A stretch of DNA of 60,853 nucleotides from a virus (taxonomy: Duplodnaviria > Caudoviricetes). The first letter of the stretch is position 1. Each line of letters starts with the position of its first letter. This document shows, piece by piece, positions 1 to 8,495 of this stretch. Both the position numbers and the translations under genes were made by a program. The DNA is taken from IMG/VR virus record IMGVR_UViG_3300034375_004361, positions 1 through 60,853 of that record; one strand, given 5' to 3'. The notes beneath the pieces are model-generated. The model did no database searches and was not told the DNA's origin. It saw only the letters and a list, made by a program, of their open reading frames with translations.

Positions 1-127
1 GAACCTGACCACCGAGACCTTCAGCCTGCTTGTAGGTCAACCACTCGTTGTGGTCGTACCCCCTGTCCTCCATCTCGGCGAACAGCATGAACACGTTCAT
101 CCCTTTGTACGGACGGCCAGTTGCTCG
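1..127. repeat. 127-nt direct repeat identical to 60727-60853 (circular assembly overlap)
   Basis: gaacctgacc...ccagttgctcg occurs at both ends; it falls inside a gene and 127 is a common assembler k-mer. Confidence 0.95.
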
Positions 128-241
128 ATTGATAGGTGCCAGACCACCAGAGCCTTCCCATGGTCGGAACCATGCCATGCCTTTCTTCTTCAGCCCATCC
201 AACACACGTTGGGTCACCTTGTCATATACGTCTTGCTTCAT
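1..241 (-). CDS. ardC: ArdC-family antirestriction protein, N-terminal part (gene spans the circular junction, 296 aa total)
   Basis: MKQDVYDKVTQRVLDGLKKKGMAWFRPW...PINRATGRPYKGMN continues in frame into 60077..60826; typical ArdC-N W.rPW / N..TG..Y.G.N motifs. Confidence 0.85.
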   Translation of the reverse strand, partial: MKQDVYDKVTQRVLDGLKKKGMAWFRPWEGSGGLAPINRATGRPYKGMNVFMLFAEMEDRGYDHNEWLTYKQAEGLGGQV

Positions 242-408
242 CCCTTTGCGAGTTTGTGGATTGACAACTGAATGTTGTGTTCCTGAAGGTCTGCCTTGGC
301 TCCATTGAACTTGGCTTCTGCCTTCTGGACGGCCTCACGTGCGCGTAGCATCGACACGTATGCATCGTTCTTGGCGCGGAGGAGTTTGTGGTACTTGGTC
401 TCTTTCAT
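238..408 (-). CDS. Small early coiled-coil protein, 56 aa (not in ORF track)
   Basis: MKETKYHKLLRAKNDAYVSMLRAREAVQKAEAKF...; ATGA overlap with ardC start; preceded by early promoter motif. Confidence 0.7.
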   Translation of the reverse strand: MKETKYHKLLRAKNDAYVSMLRAREAVQKAEAKFNGAKADLQEHNIQLSIHKLAKG

Positions 409-419
409 CTGAATTGGGT

Positions 420-455
420 TTCTAGTAGTACAACGTGGTTGTCTCTCTCTTATTG
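420..455 (-). promoter_or_regulatory. Early promoter motif CAATA-N15-CGT-N9-AGAA
   Basis: CAATA AGAGAGAGACAACCA CGT TGTACTACT AGAA upstream of ORF starting at 408. Confidence 0.7.
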
Positions 456-740
456 TGTGACCTGCATGGTCTCAAAATCAAACGGGATGGACACACCGAA
501 GTCTCGCAAGACCTGCTCTGCGTCAGCCAACGGGGATGCGATGCTCATGTTCGGGATGTCGGGCGCGTTCACCACACTGACGAACAGACTCATGCCGCGC
601 TCGGGATGGATGGTGACCTTGGTTCTCGTGCCGCGTACGTTCACGCCACACATGTTGTCGAAGCAGAACTTCTTGCCGTCCATGAAGGTGAACTTGGCGG
701 GTGCCAGTTGGCTCATGTGGTGCTGATGGATGTGCTTCAT
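450..740 (-). CDS. Hypothetical early protein, 96 aa
   Basis: Part of a chain of ORFs with ATGA overlaps. Confidence 0.65.
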   Translation of the reverse strand: MKHIHQHHMSQLAPAKFTFMDGKKFCFDNMCGVNVRGTRTKVTIHPERGMSLFVSVVNAPDIPNMSIASPLADAEQVLRDFGVSIPFDFETMQVTQ

Positions 741-940
741 CGTGCTTGGGTTTGGGTTGCCATTGCCTTGGATGCCTGCAGGAGAATCTCGCAGACAGAC
801 TTCAGTTCTGGTGTCTGGATTTGAGCCACGTGGTAGCAGAAGCCATTGACCATGACGTGGGTTGTGTCGCCCATGGTTTCAATGCTGTAGTCTGCTGTGG
901 AGCCGATGAACTCGGTGTTGATTTTGGGGAGCATGCTCAT
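737..940 (-). CDS. Hypothetical early protein, 67 aa
   Basis: 4-nt overlaps with both neighbours. Confidence 0.65.
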   Translation of the reverse strand: MSMLPKINTEFIGSTADYSIETMGDTTHVMVNGFCYHVAQIQTPELKSVCEILLQASKAMATQTQAR

Positions 941-1119
941 GATGATTCGTTTGTGTAGTAGTTAATCATATCTATGTTCGCTTGGTCAGGGTTGGCTTCG
1001 TACCACTCTACCATGTGATGCACAAGGGACTCGATGATGTCCGCAGTGTCCATCTCATTCACTTGGTCGTAGCAAAACTGCCTGATGTCTTGCCGTTCTT
1101 TGTTATCAATCTCTCTCAT
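937..1119 (-). CDS. Hypothetical early protein, 60 aa, acidic
   Basis: 4-nt overlaps with both neighbours. Confidence 0.65.
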   Translation of the reverse strand: MREIDNKERQDIRQFCYDQVNEMDTADIIESLVHHMVEWYEANPDQANIDMINYYTNESS

Positions 1120-1277
1120 GCTTTCTGGGATTTGAGGATTCGCTTGATGGTCTCTGGGTCAGTGGTGCCGTACTGCCGCAACAGCCTGCGCTCACGTTCC
1201 GCTCTGGCTCGTTGCTCTCGCTCGGCCAACAGGGTGCCCAACGTGGCTCCCTTGGGGTGCAGTTCCCACACGTTCAT
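1116..1277 (-). CDS. Hypothetical early protein, 53 aa (not in ORF track)
   Basis: MNVWELHPKGATLGTLLAEREQRARAERERR...; fills the gap with 4-nt overlaps on both sides. Confidence 0.65.
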   Translation of the reverse strand: MNVWELHPKGATLGTLLAEREQRARAERERRLLRQYGTTDPETIKRILKSQKA

Positions 1278-1534
1278 GATTCACGTGTTGGGGCGTACAC
1301 AATCTCTGCCGCGTTCACCAAGGCGTTTGCCATGGGCCCGTCCACACCTTGGGCGCGGATGCGCTCCTTGATGATGGGGCGACACTGCTCGATGACCTTG
1401 AGCGCAGTTGCCACACGAACTGCTTGGTCGCCGTCTCCTTGCGGGACGTTCTCTCCTGCAATCTCGCAGGCGTTGTACATGGTGGCAGCCAAGGTTGCAT
1501 CGTTGGCGTTCTGGAGTTGTTGGATGAATGTCAT
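1274..1534 (-). CDS. First gene of the minus-strand (early) arm, 86 aa hypothetical
   Basis: ORF directly downstream of promoter motif at 1578-1613. Confidence 0.7.
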   Translation of the reverse strand: MTFIQQLQNANDATLAATMYNACEIAGENVPQGDGDQAVRVATALKVIEQCRPIIKERIRAQGVDGPMANALVNAAEIVYAPTRES

Positions 1535-1577
1535 CTCGGTTGGGTTTGTGGTTTGTGGCTAGGATTCAGCTCCCGCC

Positions 1578-1613
1578 TTCTGATACCTACACGCACCAAG
1601 GTCTGGGATATTG
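1578..1613 (-). promoter_or_regulatory. Early promoter motif CAATA-N15-CGT-N9-AGAA
   Basis: CAATA TCCCAGACCTTGGTG CGT GTAGGTATC AGAA. Confidence 0.6.
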
Positions 1614-2012
1614 CATGGGCGTTTGTTAATCGGTGTTAACGTATAGGCATGGGGTTTCGTGGTGACCCATGGATGGGTGCTAGTCCTTGCCTTCTAGAAT
1701 GGTGGGGGAGATTGTGCCTGTGGCCTGTGGGTCTCCTCCTCTTGCGTGGATTGCGTGCTGTTTGCTCCCTGTATGGAAACGCCAAAAGGAAAGCCAGAAC
1801 CTAGAGCCAGAAACGGGAAAAGCAACAACCCCTGGGTTTCGGCAATCGGTTTCGGTTGACGTGCTGCACCGCTACCGTATACGTATAATCACGGGGCTCT
1901 GTATGTCTCACCTATTTTCACATAGATTTACAATGTGTATCTGCTTTACGGAATAGTCTCTGTATGCTTATTAGCCATAGTACTGAACCTGCTATACGCT
2001 GACTAGCTTTAC
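1614..2012. other. Non-coding divergence region between the two arms (candidate genome end/origin)
   Basis: ~400 nt without a convincing ORF between divergent promoters. Confidence 0.4.
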
Positions 2013-2043
2013 TTGACTTTGAAAAAAAAATGTAGTACCTTTG
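2013..2043 (+). promoter_or_regulatory. Bacteroidota housekeeping-sigma promoter (-33/-7)
   Basis: TTG-N20-TACCTTTG with A-tract spacer at the head of the plus arm. Confidence 0.75.
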
Positions 2044-2169
2044 CTAAGTACCTTGAGAGGACAGGTCTTGAGGGTGCGGCTCCTTGGGGGCCTTCCCTCC
2101 TCGACACAGAGCTGACTCACAGATACCTCAAGTCCTCTGGTAAAAAAAGTATCAAGGGATAGCTATATC

Positions 2170-2346
2170 ATGGAGCCAGTCAATCTACATCCAGCAGCAT
2201 TAGAGCTGTTGTCGAAGGCGTTAGCTAAGAGCAATGGGTATCACACTCCGAGAGCACGGAGGCGAGCCATGGATAGGGCCTTGAAGGAACTAACGAAGCA
2301 GAGCAATAAGGAGCGCGGTGATTCGTTAGGTAGTCATGACGACTAA
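2170..2346 (+). CDS. Hypothetical protein, 58 aa (not in ORF track)
   Basis: MEPVNLHPAALELLSKALAKS...; overlaps next start. Confidence 0.5.
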   Translation: MEPVNLHPAALELLSKALAKSNGYHTPRARRRAMDRALKELTKQSNKERGDSLGSHDD

Positions 2347-2608
2347 AGAACCCATCCACATGTGCGACGTAGTCTTGTACGACAGCAAGGCGAAACGTCA
2401 CTACCGTCTCTTCGATGCCGTATTAGTAGGCAACGACAAGAGGCTTATCTGGAGGAACAATTACTTCAGGGATAAGATTATCAGGGACGTCTTCAAGACG
2501 AAGACCCGTATCCAGAAACAGCGGGACAACCTCCACCTTATGTGCGAGTCCATCGAGTTCAAGAAGTTCATCAACTATTCGGACGCAAAATGGGGTTGCA
2601 CCAAATGA
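2336..2608 (+). CDS. Hypothetical protein, 90 aa
   Basis: ORF in plus-strand operon. Confidence 0.65.
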   Translation: MTTKEPIHMCDVVLYDSKAKRHYRLFDAVLVGNDKRLIWRNNYFRDKIIRDVFKTKTRIQKQRDNLHLMCESIEFKKFINYSDAKWGCTK

Positions 2609-2621
2609 GTATATTTGCTGT

Positions 2622-2855
2622 ATGCTCGTTTCAAAGATTTCACAGAAAGGGAAGCCTAAGACAGGAGCTCGCAAGAGCGCAGCGGTGAGTGATGACGCGA
2701 AGGCTATGACAGCAGAGGTTAAAGACTACCTCATGAAAGCTGTACCCGATGCACAGATTAGTGAAGACTTCCTGGTTAAGGTAGCTTCTACTTACGGTCT
2801 CTCAAACCGCAACCCCCAGATTCTGGACGCGGCAGTCAAACAGCTGAGGAAATGA
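2622..2855 (+). CDS. Hypothetical protein, 77 aa
   Basis: TATATTTG 4 nt before ATG; overlaps next gene. Confidence 0.7.
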   Translation: MLVSKISQKGKPKTGARKSAAVSDDAKAMTAEVKDYLMKAVPDAQISEDFLVKVASTYGLSNRNPQILDAAVKQLRK

Positions 2856-3040
2856 AGACCGCTAAGAAGTCCGAACGCCCCAAGCTCAAAGTTTCATCTA
2901 AGAAGGTCTCTGTCCCTCCCCCTGATGGATACCACTGGATGGAGGAGCAGGGGCGTTTTTACCTTATGAAGGGCGACTACAAACCACATCCTGGCGCTGT
3001 AAAGGAAGCTGGGTTCAAGCTTGTCGACCATGCCAAATAA
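2852..3040 (+). CDS. Small basic phage protein
   Basis: PPPDGYHWM...LMKGDYKPH, a motif I associate with marine phage small proteins. Confidence 0.7.
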   Translation: MKTAKKSERPKLKVSSKKVSVPPPDGYHWMEEQGRFYLMKGDYKPHPGAVKEAGFKLVDHAK

Positions 3041-3488
3041 GAAAAAGGGTAGAGTCAACTATCTACTCACTCAACTCAAGGGTTCTAAGGACGGAACAAT
3101 CGGTGGCACACCTGTAGATAAGGCTGCCCACTTATCTTATATGGATACGACTCTAAAGGATATGATTCCAGATGTCCAAGAACGAGGTGATGTCCAGTCA
3201 ATGCTCGCTGGAAGAAGACTGCGCGGTGAGTCTGCAAAGGAGCAGGCAGATGCCATAGAGAAGATGAGTGATAGGGAGATGGAATTTGGGAAGGGTGGCA
3301 AGATAAAGTTCAACAAGAAGTATACCGCTGGTTCTAAGAATGCAGAGAGGCGTAAGAAGCTCATGGCTCAGATTGCGGAAATCTACAAGAAGTACCGTGG
3401 CACCAAGGCCAAGCGGAAGAAGAAAGGATTCCCGCCCGCCGTCGAAGCTAGACTCAAGAAGCTGATGGCAGAAAGAGATAGGCTATGA
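3030..3488 (+). CDS. Basic protein with xxGGK motif (candidate internal head protein)
   Basis: ATG at 3030; Lys/Arg-rich C-terminal half after FGKGGKI. Confidence 0.7.
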   Translation: MPNKKKGRVNYLLTQLKGSKDGTIGGTPVDKAAHLSYMDTTLKDMIPDVQERGDVQSMLAGRRLRGESAKEQADAIEKMSDREMEFGKGGKIKFNKKYTAGSKNAERRKKLMAQIAEIYKKYRGTKAKRKKKGFPPAVEARLKKLMAERDRL

Positions 3489-3733
3489 TGATTCTCAAGA
3501 AAGGCGGGAAGGTTAAGAAGTCCAAGAAGTCCAAGAAGAAAGGAAAGGGCAAGGGCTACAACAGCCTAACCGCAGCTCAGAAGGAGGTGTACCGTCGCGG
3601 GCTCGCGGCATACATGAGTTCTGGCAACAGACCAAAGACGTCACAACACGCATGGGCGATGGCCCGTGTCAAGTCTGCCTTCGGAAAGCGCGAAGCCGCT
3701 AAAATTGCAGCCAAAAAGAAAAAGAAGAAGTAA
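3485..3733 (+). CDS. Highly basic small phage protein
   Basis: LKKGGKV; VYRRGLAAY..SG.RP..SQHAWAMARV motif; poly-Lys tail. Confidence 0.75.
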   Translation: MMILKKGGKVKKSKKSKKKGKGKGYNSLTAAQKEVYRRGLAAYMSSGNRPKTSQHAWAMARVKSAFGKREAAKIAAKKKKKK

Positions 3734-3747
3734 GTTATCTTTGAGCC

Positions 3748-4653
3748 ATGCACAGCAAAAAACGATACCACTATAAAGGCGGAGGAAAGATGCCTTCCTG
3801 GTTGCTTGACAAGTTCAAGAAGATGGCCGACCGAAAGGCTCAGCGAGAGATGGGTGATGGAGGGAAGGTTTACTACGTCACTGGCGGTAAGATGGGTGAA
3901 GGTGACCCCATCCCAGGTGGGTTGTCTTTTATTGAAGAGGCCAACCGTAGGGCTGAAGAAGCCCGCCGTGCGGACAGAAGAGATGCTAGAGCCGATGGCT
4001 TTAGAATTGAAGGAGATGAGGATGGTTCTATCATGGGTGTGACTCTTGGGTCTGAAACAACGAATCGTCTTGGCGGTGTTGCTCCAGAAGAGGCCACCAT
4101 GTTCTTGAGAAAAGGAAAGCCCCAGGAGCCTGTGATTGAAAATCGAGAGAAAGAGGAAGACCCCAAAGTCCCTACACCCCCAAAACCCCCACTGAAGAAA
4201 CCTCCAACTAAAACTCCTGAGGTAGATTATAGCACCCCTGGCGGTGTTCAATCAGTTCCTAACTTTAAGAAAGGTATCCAGGAGTCTGGTTTCAGAGGTC
4301 AAGGAACTACAGGTGATTTGGATGGGGCGAGATTCGAGCTTGTCGATGACAAAGGCATGTTGCTTGAGCGAGGAAGGACAAAGATGGAAGACCTTCCTGA
4401 CTACATCACTCAAGACCCTACCTTCAAAAAACTCGTGGAGGAAGCTAACAGCACAAAGTACCGTCAGGATATTGGAAGAGCTGAAGGCCGATTTAGAAAT
4501 CCAGGAGGACAGGCTGCTCAAGACTTGGCTGATATCATGAACGGTGTAATTACTCTTGAAGAGTACAAGAAGAGAAAAAACATCGAGTCAGCCTCTTTCG
4601 GATTCGGAGGCAAAGTCCCAGGCTTCGGAGTAAAGAAGAAGTCTAGGTCGTGA
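3748..4653 (+). CDS. Hypothetical protein with four xxGGK motifs and Pro-rich linker
   Basis: YKGGGKM, MGDGGKV, VTGGKM, FGFGGKV. Confidence 0.75.
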   Translation: MHSKKRYHYKGGGKMPSWLLDKFKKMADRKAQREMGDGGKVYYVTGGKMGEGDPIPGGLSFIEEANRRAEEARRADRRDARADGFRIEGDEDGSIMGVTLGSETTNRLGGVAPEEATMFLRKGKPQEPVIENREKEEDPKVPTPPKPPLKKPPTKTPEVDYSTPGGVQSVPNFKKGIQESGFRGQGTTGDLDGARFELVDDKGMLLERGRTKMEDLPDYITQDPTFKKLVEEANSTKYRQDIGRAEGRFRNPGGQAAQDLADIMNGVITLEEYKKRKNIESASFGFGGKVPGFGVKKKSRS

Positions 4654-4838
4654 GCAACGCAAGTTGGACAATGGGGTTTCTAGCACTACTCGCTTTATAT
4701 GGTAGTGTATTGTCCCCAGATAGCACTGGACATTATCTAGACTATAATGGCGATGGTGTTATCGACTTACACGATTTGCTTGACCACCTTACCTATAAGC
4801 CTCAGATGACTGGGGTTACGGTCTGGCAGGACAGTTAA
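4650..4838 (+). CDS. Small exported/membrane protein with EF-hand/dockerin-like loop
   Basis: Hydrophobic N-terminus; DYNGDGVIDLHD. Confidence 0.6.
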   Translation: MSNASWTMGFLALLALYGSVLSPDSTGHYLDYNGDGVIDLHDLLDHLTYKPQMTGVTVWQDS

Positions 4839-4998
4839 ACCCTGGGTCGTTGAATGGAAGTGGTCGGTTCAGAGCCACAACAGTACCAATGTCTGCACCC
4901 TTACGGAGGATAAGGCGGTTGTTCTTCTTTGCTTCAGTGTCAACGAATGGGGTCAACACTCCAACGAGCAGCGCGAGGCGGATAAGGAAATTTTTCAT
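4816..4998 (-). CDS. Small secreted peptide on the opposite strand
   Basis: MKNFLIRLALLVGVL signal-like N-terminus; A-rich leader and own promoter motif at 5029-5064. Confidence 0.6.
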   Translation of the reverse strand: MKNFLIRLALLVGVLTPFVDTEAKKNNRLILRKGADIGTVVALNRPLPFNDPGFNCPARP

Positions 4999-5028
4999 GG
5001 TATTGAATTGATTAGATTTGTTTCGTGT

Positions 5029-5064
5029 TTCTGTCTCTATAACGACGCAGGATTCTGGATATTG
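5029..5064 (-). promoter_or_regulatory. Early promoter motif CAATA-N15-CGT-N9-AGAA
   Basis: CAATA TCCAGAATCCTGCGT CGT TATAGAGAC AGAA. Confidence 0.65.
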
Positions 5065-5081
5065 TGTAAACGAACGTTAAA

Positions 5082-5741
5082 ATGGTTCCGAAGAAAAAAC
5101 CCAAGTCAGATAAGAGTAGGTACTACTTCTTTGGTTCTTACCCAGAGCAAGCAAAAGCACCAGAGGGTTATCAATATACGGAAGGACTCGATATGGTCCC
5201 AGAAGGATGGAGCGAATATCACTCTGAGTCAAATGATACTATCGACCTTGAGAGGATGATTGACCGACAAATGGGAGTCGAGTCATCGTACCTCCCAGGC
5301 CGCACTTCTAGTGCGGGGGCCAGGGGCCTCGGTCAATTCACAGACATCGCAGAGAAAGAGGTCGTCCGTCTCGGAATCATGGACGAGGGATGGAATCCCA
5401 ACGACCCAGTGCAGGCTAGGGAAGCTATGTCTGGATATATGGAGAACCTGTACGATAGGGAGTTCATTCATTCAGACAAGAGTGACCCCAAGGTTGCTTA
5501 CGCTAAAGCTGCTTTCGCCTATAATGCTGGGGAGGGAACAGCGAGGAAAGAACTGACCAGGCTTAGAGAGGAGGGCTATGATATCTACAACAGCCTGGAT
5601 TGGATTAACGACATCAACACCGAGAGCCGAGAGTACATCGAAAGGCTCTATGGCTTGGACACACCTAAGGGAAGGAAGTTCGAGGAGGACTGGCCCATCA
5701 TGGACCGTCGCCGCCAGCAGATTTTCGGGGAGCAATCTTAA
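5082..5741 (+). CDS. Lytic transglycosylase (SLT domain)
   Basis: ESS catalytic motif, GARGLGQF, AYNAG, ESREY. Confidence 0.85.
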   Translation: MVPKKKPKSDKSRYYFFGSYPEQAKAPEGYQYTEGLDMVPEGWSEYHSESNDTIDLERMIDRQMGVESSYLPGRTSSAGARGLGQFTDIAEKEVVRLGIMDEGWNPNDPVQAREAMSGYMENLYDREFIHSDKSDPKVAYAKAAFAYNAGEGTARKELTRLREEGYDIYNSLDWINDINTESREYIERLYGLDTPKGRKFEEDWPIMDRRRQQIFGEQS

Positions 5742-6168
5742 TCGTCTCCTCTCCCTCTAGTTTCCTGTAGAACCGCTGTACCAGTAACCTGGCCTTCTGG
5801 GTTATCTGGTATCTGGCCCTGTAGTTATTCCTGTCGTACTTGAGGAACGCGAGCTGTTCCATGGTTGCGTTCTCCAGGTCTGTCTTGTCGTATATCTTCT
5901 CGACGTATCCCTTCTTGATTAGGGACAGCAGGACTCTCTCGTAGAACTTGGCGAAGTTTTGATGCAGCGCTTCGGCGATGTGCTTGCGAGTAAAGAACTC
6001 GTAGTCGTACATGAATAGTAGGGACTCCAGCTCATTCTCGCTTACGTCGTGGTTCGTACAGATGTCTCGCTTTGCGAGCTTGTAGTACTTGAGGTAGTTG
6101 TTGTTGACGTACCTCTGGTTCAGCATCGAGAACTCACGGAACTTGCGTCCTTTATGCGTTCTGCTCAT
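5698..6168 (-). CDS. Winged-helix (MarR-like) DNA-binding protein
   Basis: Likely start MSRTH at 6168; ELESLLFMY..FTRKHIAEAL..LIKKGYVEK..YQITQKAR pattern. Confidence 0.6.
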   Translation of the reverse strand: MSRTHKGRKFREFSMLNQRYVNNNYLKYYKLAKRDICTNHDVSENELESLLFMYDYEFFTRKHIAEALHQNFAKFYERVLLSLIKKGYVEKIYDKTDLENATMEQLAFLKYDRNNYRARYQITQKARLLVQRFYRKLEGEETIKIAPRKSAGGDGP

Positions 6169-6199
6169 TGAAGTATATTTGTGAGGTAAAATTAAGGAT

Positions 6200-7111
6200 A
6201 TGGCTACTCTTACTGGAGGACAGATAAAAGACACATACACGGGGCTTATCAAGACCACAGACAACGCTGGCATTACAGGGAGTCTTAAAAGAATCACTGA
6301 TGGCGCTGGTGCATCAACGGGGATTCAACTTTCTAGTGCGAAGCTCCGTGCGGATGCTCTAGAGATAAATACGGTTGTCGAAAACAATTCTAGAACGAAG
6401 CTTCTTAACTGGGATGCTTCCGATGGGGTTGTTGGTTTCTACTCTTTCTCTACAGCCGACCCTGCTGTATCTGCGTCTATTAGTAGTGATGATGTAACCA
6501 TCACCACAGGCACCAACGCAGCGAACAATTTTACTCTGGTTAGCGGGACCAATGTTACCATGTCCCTGACAGGCACCGATGTGACAATCTCAGCTACTGG
6601 TGGTCTGGACGATTTGTTTGCAAGAAACCTTGGTCAGGGTGTTGATGCTTCCTACACAGTCGCTACTTCTGAGGCTGGTCAGACATTTACGCTTGGCGCA
6701 AGCTCTGGAACGACAACGACTATTACCCTTCCAGATGCTGCAGATGGATTGTCTTTTGAGTTCAAGGTTATTAGTGAGGGCACCTACTTTATTGATTGTG
6801 CTTCAGGAGATGGGTTCAAGGGAGCTATCGCTCTGACTAACAATGGAGTTAGAGGTTCCCTTTCGGATGGAAGCGATACAAAACTTCCATATACAATGTT
6901 TCAGGTTGCTGCAGTAGGCGATAACAGAATCAACATCAATGGATTGGTGACATCAGGAAATCACATTGGTGGATACATTAGAGTTGTTGCTACGAGCTCA
7001 AGTGTTTGGCAAGTTGAGGGTCACCTCTTTAATGAGATTGATTACGCCTTCTATGCTACTGTAAACGGTATGCCATCCACGACCCCAGACATCCTTACTA
7101 CTCAACCTTAA
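6200..7111 (+). CDS. Virion structural/fibre-like protein
   Basis: Thr/Ser/Gly-rich; MATLTG..IKDTY N-terminus; TITLPDAADGLSFEF. Confidence 0.65.
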   Translation: MATLTGGQIKDTYTGLIKTTDNAGITGSLKRITDGAGASTGIQLSSAKLRADALEINTVVENNSRTKLLNWDASDGVVGFYSFSTADPAVSASISSDDVTITTGTNAANNFTLVSGTNVTMSLTGTDVTISATGGLDDLFARNLGQGVDASYTVATSEAGQTFTLGASSGTTTTITLPDAADGLSFEFKVISEGTYFIDCASGDGFKGAIALTNNGVRGSLSDGSDTKLPYTMFQVAAVGDNRININGLVTSGNHIGGYIRVVATSSSVWQVEGHLFNEIDYAFYATVNGMPSTTPDILTTQP

Positions 7112-7126
7112 TTCGTAACTTAGGGC

Positions 7127-7405
7127 ATGGACGATATTTTGAAGAAGACCATGTTCGAGGAGATTGATGAAGCCTTCGAGCAGATTGAGCAGATTGTATC
7201 CAAGTACAACGTGTCTGGAAACATCGTCTACATGGGATGCGTCGGCCTCATGGAGGAGGAATCCGAGGATGTCCACGAGTGGCAGGTGAAGTACACATGG
7301 AATGTAAAAGACAAAGACGAGTTGCAGGAGGTACTGCAGTTGCAGGCTGAAGCCTATATCCAGGCTGAGCCCGACGACCCCCTCGACTTTCTTTTTATGA
7401 ACTGA
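7127..7405 (+). CDS. Acidic hypothetical protein, 92 aa
   Basis: ORF with TAACTTAG 3 nt before ATG. Confidence 0.75.
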   Translation: MDDILKKTMFEEIDEAFEQIEQIVSKYNVSGNIVYMGCVGLMEEESEDVHEWQVKYTWNVKDKDELQEVLQLQAEAYIQAEPDDPLDFLFMN

Positions 7406-7406
7406 T

Positions 7407-7640
7407 ATGATTATTAGAAAGATTGTCGTTGGGCCAAACCCCAAGGACGCAATGGCCTACTTCGTAGGCATGAAGGCTGGTCACGGAAAAGTCTCTGCTA
7501 TTGTGGAGGACGAGCGAGCCGCGTTTAAGTACAGCATCCGCAGGTACAACGTATTCATTGAAGACGAGGATTCTACCTATATTTGGAAAACGGTTGAGAA
7601 TCAACCAGTCTTAATTGAGTACGATTGTAACTTTAGATGA
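7407..7640 (+). CDS. Conserved phage protein upstream of co-chaperonin
   Basis: IRKIVVG..PKDAMAYFVG...WK......V.IEYD. Confidence 0.75.
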   Translation: MIIRKIVVGPNPKDAMAYFVGMKAGHGKVSAIVEDERAAFKYSIRRYNVFIEDEDSTYIWKTVENQPVLIEYDCNFR

Positions 7641-8218
7641 AGTCATTGAACCACTTCATCGTTAAGGTGGAGAAACGCTTTAACGATACCCTTGATGTAA
7701 ACGGACAAGAAATCTTTCTCGATTCCAAGTGGAACGAGTTTGACCACCGCATCTGCTATGGAGAGATTACCTCCGCCCCTATTCGTCACAACACAGGAGC
7801 GAAAGAGGGGGATATCCTTTTCTTTCATCACCACGTAACCACGACGGAACACTTTAAGGTTGATGAGGATTTGTACCTCTCTACCTACCAGGAGTACCGT
7901 CCGCATTCTATTGCCTACAGGCGAAAGGAGGATGGTGAGATTGTGATGCTTGGGGACTGGCTCTTTGTAGAGCCTGCCGAGGTCGAGAAGGTTGACCAGG
8001 TCACCGATAGTGGTATTGTCACCGAGCTTGGCATCAACGTCAAGGACCGAGACGTAGCTACGGTAGTTGCACCTACTGAGTATCTAAAGGTACAGGGCGT
8101 TAAGGCTGGTGACAGAGTTGGCTTCAGCAAAGACGCTGACTACAAGATGAAGCTCGACGACGGAAGCATCGTTTTCAGAATGACTGAAGACCATTTGCTG
8201 TATGTCGAAGAGAGCTAA
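7637..8218 (+). CDS. groES: GroES/Cpn10-like co-chaperonin (tandem domains)
   Basis: LGDWLFVEP...TDSGIV mobile-loop motif, VKAGDRV; N-half has AKEGDILFF. Confidence 0.7.
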   Translation: MKSLNHFIVKVEKRFNDTLDVNGQEIFLDSKWNEFDHRICYGEITSAPIRHNTGAKEGDILFFHHHVTTTEHFKVDEDLYLSTYQEYRPHSIAYRRKEDGEIVMLGDWLFVEPAEVEKVDQVTDSGIVTELGINVKDRDVATVVAPTEYLKVQGVKAGDRVGFSKDADYKMKLDDGSIVFRMTEDHLLYVEES

Positions 8219-8495
8219 GTTCACAACCATCGAAGCTTCTTCGAGGCTGATGGAGAGTATGGCTATCGCCATCGACAACATGATTGAGGAAATCAAGAAG
8301 CCCGTTGACCCTGAGGTCAATGGTAGCGCACGTAAGGCGGAGCTTCAATCCATCAAGCAGACTGCTGTCGATTGCAAGGAGCTGATTGTAGAACGGCAAA
8401 GACTGGAGCAGATGGTCAAGGACTTGAGACAGAACGGGGAGATTGAGTCTGACCGAGATTACTCTGGAGGCTTTGCGGAAAGGTTCAGTAAATAA
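8202..8495 (+). CDS. Putative terminase small subunit
   Basis: Helical 97 aa directly upstream of and abutting terL; ends GFAERFSK. Confidence 0.55.
   Translation: MSKRAKFTTIEASSRLMESMAIAIDNMIEEIKKPVDPEVNGSARKAELQSIKQTAVDCKELIVERQRLEQMVKDLRQNGEIESDRDYSGGFAERFSK

Noticed and set aside
1-127. Terminal direct repeat as a biological DTR
   Set aside because: Length equals a common assembler k-mer and it interrupts ardC; indicates circular assembly only
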